Assembly: GCA_964016885.1 (NCBI GenBank)
Contig: OZ024746.1
Span: 18,786,001-18,850,000 of the forward strand
DNA from: Eledone cirrhosa
Lineage: Eukaryota
Reading direction: 5' to 3'
Length of the DNA stretch: 64,000 nt
The translations under genes were made by a program, and so were the position numbers. The first letter of the stretch is position 1, and the number at the start of each line of letters is the position of its first letter. Of this stretch, positions 58,101 through 64,000 are shown in pieces. The notes under the pieces were generated by a model that searched no databases, was not told the origin of the DNA, and saw nothing but the letters and a program-made list of their open reading frames with translations.

Positions 58101-58695
58101 CTATTTGTTTGCAGAGGAAATAAACTCACATATTTGTTTATAAAATGAAATGTTATTTTAACAATTAAGTGTATATGAGCTTTATTTATTACGAGTAAAG
58201 TACCTGTCAAAAATGATGGGGTTTATAGTAAAACAATATTTTATACAAAGTATTCAAGAACAGGGAAATTTGAAGGTCTTGATAGAGTTGGAGGTAGAGT
58301 AATGGTGAAAATGATTACTAAGGAGTGATGGTGGAGGAGGTTGAGCCAGTTCACATTTATTAGATAATTATACTGTGAAGAAAAAACAATATATATATAT
58401 ATATATATATAGAGGGAGAGAGAGTGAGAGAGAGTGAGAGAGAGTGAGAGAGAGAGAGAGTGAGTGAGTGAGAGAGTGAGAGAGTGAGAGAGTGAGAGAG
58501 AGGCGACACAACAAAAATCACCCAGTACACACTGTAAATGTGGTTGGCATTAGGAAGGGCATCCAGCTGTAGAAATCTAGTCAGAAACAGTTCTGTATGA
58601 GCACGATATGGTCACCTGAACCAACCTGCCTCAAATGGAACAACCCATCTAACCCATGCTAGTATGGAAGGTGGACGTTAAACGGTGATGACGAT

Positions 58696-58727
<32 letters not shown>

Positions 58728-58731
58728 CATA

Positions 58732-59631
58732 CAGGGTGCCGACGATATTTGTTCGCAATTTTCAGCTGCTAATTTTATGCAAATTTTTTTTACTTCCGTT
58801 GTCACTCTTGTCTTCATAAGAACAGTGACTATATTTCCATTATTTATTTTCAGAATAATTGATTATGAATAATTTTGAACCTCCAAATTTGTGGAAGAGA
58901 CACGAAGTTCTTCTTGGAATCCGCGTCGGGAGGACAAATAAGACCAGAAGATCAACTCCCAGAACAACAGGTGGCTCGCTGTCTCATCCAAAGACGTGCC
59001 CAGAGTCATGCAGACAAAGTTTCCAGCGACAACATTGGTCTTAGGTGTCGACAGCAGTCAAGGTGTCGTCAGCAGTCAAGGTGACATCATGCCACCTCAC
59101 TTCTTCCCTGAGGGCCTCAAGCTGAACACCAATGGCTACATCCGCATTCTGAGCGAGGTAGTAAAGCCCTGGATCGACCAGGTAGCTGCAGGTAGGCCGT
59201 ACGTGTGGCAGCAAGACTCAGCGCCCTGCCATACCAGCCGAAAGACCCAAGCCTGGTTGTCAGAGAATTTCGTCGACCATACTTCACCTGACATCTGGCC
59301 TTCCAGCTCGTCTGACTGCAACCCCCTCGGCTTCTTTGTGTGGGGCGCAGTGTAATGAGACACCAACAGATCTAGCTGCAATACGAAAGACGCTCTGAAG
59401 GCCAGGATCACAAGTGCCTTTAGGGGCCTAAGTCAGGGGACAGTGACGAAGGCCTGTAACCGGTTCTGAGGCCACCTTGAGGCCGTCATCAAAGCCAATG
59501 GTGGCTTTATCGAGTGAGATCGAAAGAACAAGTCATGAAGACAAACTGACCCAAGTTTGATAAATATATCTTAAAAAATAAAACTTATTTTTTCATAGAC
59601 AGTAATCTTGCGAACAGATATCGTCCGCACC

Positions 59632-59634
<3 letters not shown>
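58732..59634 (+). mobile_element. Internally deleted Tc1/mariner-superfamily transposon, DD37D (maT) type, non-functional
   Basis: TA flanks; TIRs cagggtgccgacgatatttgttcgcaa / ttgcgaacagatatcgtccgcaccctg; NSQNNRWLA, WQQDSAPCHTS..WPSSSSDCNPLG with 37-residue spacing; stop codons and loss of the HTH/first-D region. Confidence 0.9.
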
Positions 59635-59688
<54 letters not shown>

Positions 59689-60224
59689 GAGAGAGAGATA
59701 GATAGATAGCTCTATCTATCTATCTACCTGTCTATCTATATATCTCCCTATTTCTCTATTCATCTGTCTGTCATTCTATAGTTATCTATTTATGCATATT
59801 TACCAATAGATATACATGTCTATCATCAGACAATAGCTCTACTGAACATATTCCATAAACAATTCTATAACAACTAATGTACAATCTTTTACATTTATTT
59901 GATGTCTATTTCATTACTACTTTAAGTAAGTATGGTTTAGTAAAGACTAATCTTTACTGATGAGGGCAGAATAAGCCTGGAACTTGTCAAATGTCTCCAC
60001 AACTTCTGTACTGAGAAGGACCCATCCAACATATGGAAACATGGTAAAGTGGACATAAAAACGATGATGATGATGATAAAGATGACCAGTCTATGAGTAG
60101 TGACCAGTTGGGCCACTGCCCATCATAAACAGATGATAACTAAAAATATTGCTTAATTGTCAGAAAATTATCTGTAATATAAATGTAATAAAACTGGTTA
60201 TGCAGTGAAATGATCATCTATTGG

Positions 60225-60558
60225 TGTGTACACATACACACACACACACGCGTATATACATGTACATACACAGATTTACATACATACATGTATATACAGA
60301 CATGTACATACACATGCATATATGTGCACACCACACATAGACATGTACATATATACACACTCTTTCCAATATACATATATGCATACAGAAACTAAATTCA
60401 CATAAAACTATGTACACACATGCATACTTCATACACACATACACATATTTACACACACACACACATATTTACGCACACACGTACATATTTACACACACAC
60501 GCGTACATATTTACACATTCACACGTACATATTTACACACTCACACACATACACATAC
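60225..60558. repeat. Degenerate (CA)n/(TACA)n microsatellite
   Basis: Direct inspection. Confidence 0.9.
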
Positions 60559-61593
60559 AGTTTCCTGACTTGCCATTTTATTTCCCAAATTAATTAAAAG
60601 TCTTTTAAATTACGGTTGAACACTTTTGCTACAATGGAAGGGAGACATGTTTGGCAGAAAAGCTGGTTTCTAACTTCAGTCTTTACCAATATATTTTAAT
60701 CATGGTATCTACTACAAACCTGTTCTGCACCAACATTATTCAGTTAGTAAACCAGATTCCAATGAATCATCTACAGGAATTGATTAACTTTTTGTGCGCA
60801 ATTAAATATTGTTTCTACAACGACTTTTCTTTGATCTGATGAAATAAGAGTACATTATGGGGGGGGGGGTGCTATTGTTAGTGATATTATCAATATTAGC
60901 TTTCATAGTAGCAATAGCAGCAGTAGTAGTAGTAGTAGTAGTACTGGTAGTAGTAGTAGTAGTAGTAGTAGCCATAGTTGTTGTAGTAGTAATAGTTTTA
61001 GTAGTAGTAATAGTAGGAATCAATTGACAAGATACCAGACCTTATCCACTTACTGAGTGAGGTGGAACTCATCAAATCGGACCAAGGAAACAATGTTTCC
61101 GTTGGTCTTTCCATTGCTGATACTATCTACCTGTCACAACTCCTGACAGAGAGAGCAATGTGAAATAAAGTGTCTTGCTCAAGGACATAGCGCATTGTCC
61201 CTGGTCTGGGAATCAAACTTGCAACCTCACAGTTGTGAATTCAATTCTCTAACCACTAAGCCACTCACGTTCACTAGTAGTAGTAGTAACACCACCACCA
61301 TTGAAAAACAGTAATAGCAGTGTTAACATCAGTGCTATTATCACTAGTCCTTTTGTTGAAATACTAATAATAATATCCATTAAATTACTAAAGAAAACAA
61401 TTGAAAATGAAACAATTGCTGGCAGTTGTTATGGTGTTATAGAGAACTGAAAGTTAATACTGGTTAGGATAACATCTGTAAAAGTGGAAAATTTATAATG
61501 ATTTATGGTGTACATGTAGTTGCTCTCTCAGAGTTTTACAAAGTGCTGAGGTGTTAAAGTTAATATAAAATGTGCTGTGCTCATACACAGAGT

Positions 61594-61808
61594 TGCTATA
61601 AAATAGGGTGAAGACCTTTAAAAATGGAAAAATAGTTGCTACTGGTTGCTGGCATGAAGACCCTTAAAAATGGAAAAAGAAGTTGCCACCGGCTGTTACA
61701 AGGAACTTTGTTTTTCCATCTTTAAGGGTCTTCATGCCAGCAGCTAATGGCAACTTATTTTACCGTCCCTAAGAGTCTTCACCTTATTCTGTAAGCTATT
61801 TTATAGCA
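61594..61808. mobile_element. Fold-back MITE-like element with subrepeat-built inverted arms
   Basis: tgctataaaatag / ctattttatagca termini; gctggcatgaagacccttaaaaatggaaaaa mirrored at about 61711-61743. Confidence 0.75.
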
Positions 61809-63932
61809 CCTCCACACATGACCATTCTTTATATTGATAATGATTTATTTCTATATATAAGGTGTAGAAGTGTATTGAGCATTACATTTTAAAGTGCATA
61901 CATCAGTTCTATTTTTGTTAGGATTATATAACCTTTATAATATGCTAAGGCAGAAATGGGGAGCCTGTTGTCTTCTATGCCATTCTGTGCGGCCTTTTGA
62001 AGGAATAAAAAGTTTCCTACAAATTTTTAATTTTTATTAGAATATTTTTGTTTACCTCTTATTATTTCAACTTAAACCATAACATGAACATAATTTAAAT
62101 ACCAAAAAGTAAAGAAAATTCAATGAAATAATCCACACTGACAGACAGCACTTTATACCTAACCAATATCAAGATATCTTTGACATCACAAATGGTGGAT
62201 GCCCATCTAGAGGTTCAGTTAAAAGTTCAGATCTCCATGTTGCAATCAAATATCAAAATGCTTTCCTACAATAAGCAGTCACAACAAAGTCATAAAAGGT
62301 AGTTAGCTTTAAAATTACATTTTTTCGATTTTTGGATAATTAGTACATAGTAATTAAATTTTTACAAACTAATGTAGATTTAAGAATATATAATTATGGT
62401 TTCTTGAATGCGGCCTTATTATAATACAAGTAGCTTAATGAAGCCTTTCAACATGAAAAGGTTCCCCACCTCTGCGCTAGGAGACAGAATAAATAAATGA
62501 AGAGTAAAAAAAATACTTAATTCTATTTCCTGATAGAAGTCAATTGATTATTTTATTCTATTTTATTGTATTTAAATTTTTATATTCACGTAGCTCTATA
62601 CAGACATTTAAATTGGTTAAATCATTAACGTTAGTATATCCACCACCAATGATAATTTTACCTTAATAACAAGGTGATTACTTTTTCCTTTCAAACTCTC
62701 CTGTTAAAAAATATATCCTTGACTAACTAAAATGAAACTGAATATCAAATTAAAGTTATATTTGGCACGATACAAGTAGGAACAGATTTTTAAGTCAAAT
62801 TTACTTTTAAATTCATTTCTCACAAAAATATAATTCAATATTGTTTTCTGCAATATATTTCTTAAAAAAGAAAGAAAGTTTAAAAACAACAATTAAAAAA
62901 AAAAAAAGCAACAGAATGTTCGATAGTAAATTAATCCTTCACCCAGTTTAACACCACCACCTGACCCTTGGGTCTCTTTAAAGAGTCCACTCTGTTGCAA
63001 GCATTTAAGCCAGGTCTCTGGCTTGAGCATACCTCCTTTCTCCCTCCTTCCCCACCTCTTACCAATCTCAGAGGCTCTGTAAAGAGTCCTCATAGCCACT
63101 GATATTCCCTCCCAGATTAAACAGTAAAAACAACAAAAACAGTGTATTAGATAATATTTAGTTCCATCAAATAAAATAAATATATGAACGATGAAGCACA
63201 GATGAATTAAAATATAAAAAAAAAAAAAAAAAAAAAAAAAATCAACAAAACGGTTTTATATAATTGAGATACAATTATAAATTGGTTATAGTTTAAGAAA
63301 GACATTGGTTTCTCCTGGACTAGTCTAGGTTCTAGATATTATATTTTAGGGGAGGAGGGAAATTGTGTATTCTAATATTCACGACATTAGTTAAGTAAAC
63401 GGTGTCAGGTTGTCAACTGAAAACTAAAGTTGAGTTATAATTGAACATAATATTGGTAAGGAATTGGTATATATTGAACAAAGTTTTAGTAAGGAATTGG
63501 CCCTAATAAAATGGAAAATACAAAGTAATAACTCTTCTGAAGTAGAAATTAGGTAACTAACAAATGTATATTAGATAGTATCTCTCCACTACGACATGTG
63601 AAAGAAAACCTATAAAATCTGAAGCTGAAGCTCCCAAGAATTTTAGAAAGTAATTTTGAGGAAAATATTTTGTAAATAGGTCAAAGTTTTACTAGAGTTG
63701 GTTGGAAAATAAATGATAATTTTTGGTGATAACGAACGGATGAACTGAACGAACGAGAGAACGAGAGGGATGTATGAATATGTAATATGTATTCCATAGT
63801 ACGTTGAATAGAACAATAGCATATGTTGCTTGCCCAGACTGACTTGCTTGCAGCAGGCAATGCTAGTGTTTTGCAACTGATGATGAAAGAGAGCAGTAGG
63901 AAGAACAAGGCCAAGGAAGTGGTTAGACTTAC

Positions 63933-64000
63933 AGGGCTCCTGCTTTCTGGAGTTTGTGTCCCTATTTCTCTCTTGATGCATATCTGCTTCGAATCATCAT
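63933..64000 (-). CDS. Partial upstream coding exon of the host gene (..DDSKQICIKREIGTQTPESRSP), running off the window end
   Basis: Open frame ending CCT|gtaagt (donor at 63932), phase 0, compatible with the phase-0 acceptor at 28797; contains a GTQT motif. Confidence 0.65.

Noticed and set aside
59950-59993. Hammerhead-like CTGATGA-stem II-GGAAC..GTC
   Set aside because: Core GAAA is GGAA and stem I is minimal; at best an inactive relic
62893-63099. 68-aa ORF in a GC-richer patch
   Set aside because: No convincing splice-site pair or similarity I can recognise
63681-63914. Signal-peptide-like ORF (MALFFLLLSF..)
   Set aside because: Starts at TTG and is the in-frame read-through past the 63932 donor; most likely intronic

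Overview
AT-rich, microsatellite- and SINE-dense eukaryotic genomic DNA. The repeat families are characteristic of a coleoid cephalopod, probably an octopus (inference). Almost all ORFs in the supplied track are artefacts of (TA)n/(TACA)n tracts or repeats. The window appears to lie inside one large minus-strand gene. I can assemble phase-compatible exons at 64000-63933 (partial), 28797-27480 and 16370-16084. There is also a probable alternative first exon at 40039-39827 encoding MGNCC plus a hydrophobic membrane-anchor segment, and a possible 84-nt cassette exon at 23486-23403. The product is a disordered Ser/Arg/Gln-rich signalling or scaffold region with three TQT motifs. No folded domain is visible, so no gene symbol is given. 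The introns hold a Penelope-like GIY-YIG relic, a deleted DD37D/maT transposon, a CRE-like RLE relic, many RTE fragments, two copies of a bipartite non-autonomous RTE derivative, modular tRNA-SINEs, MITEs, retroelement-born minisatellites and several near-perfect hairpins. No CRISPR array, rRNA or bona fide tRNA gene is seen. Repeat boundaries were read by eye and are approximate unless stated.
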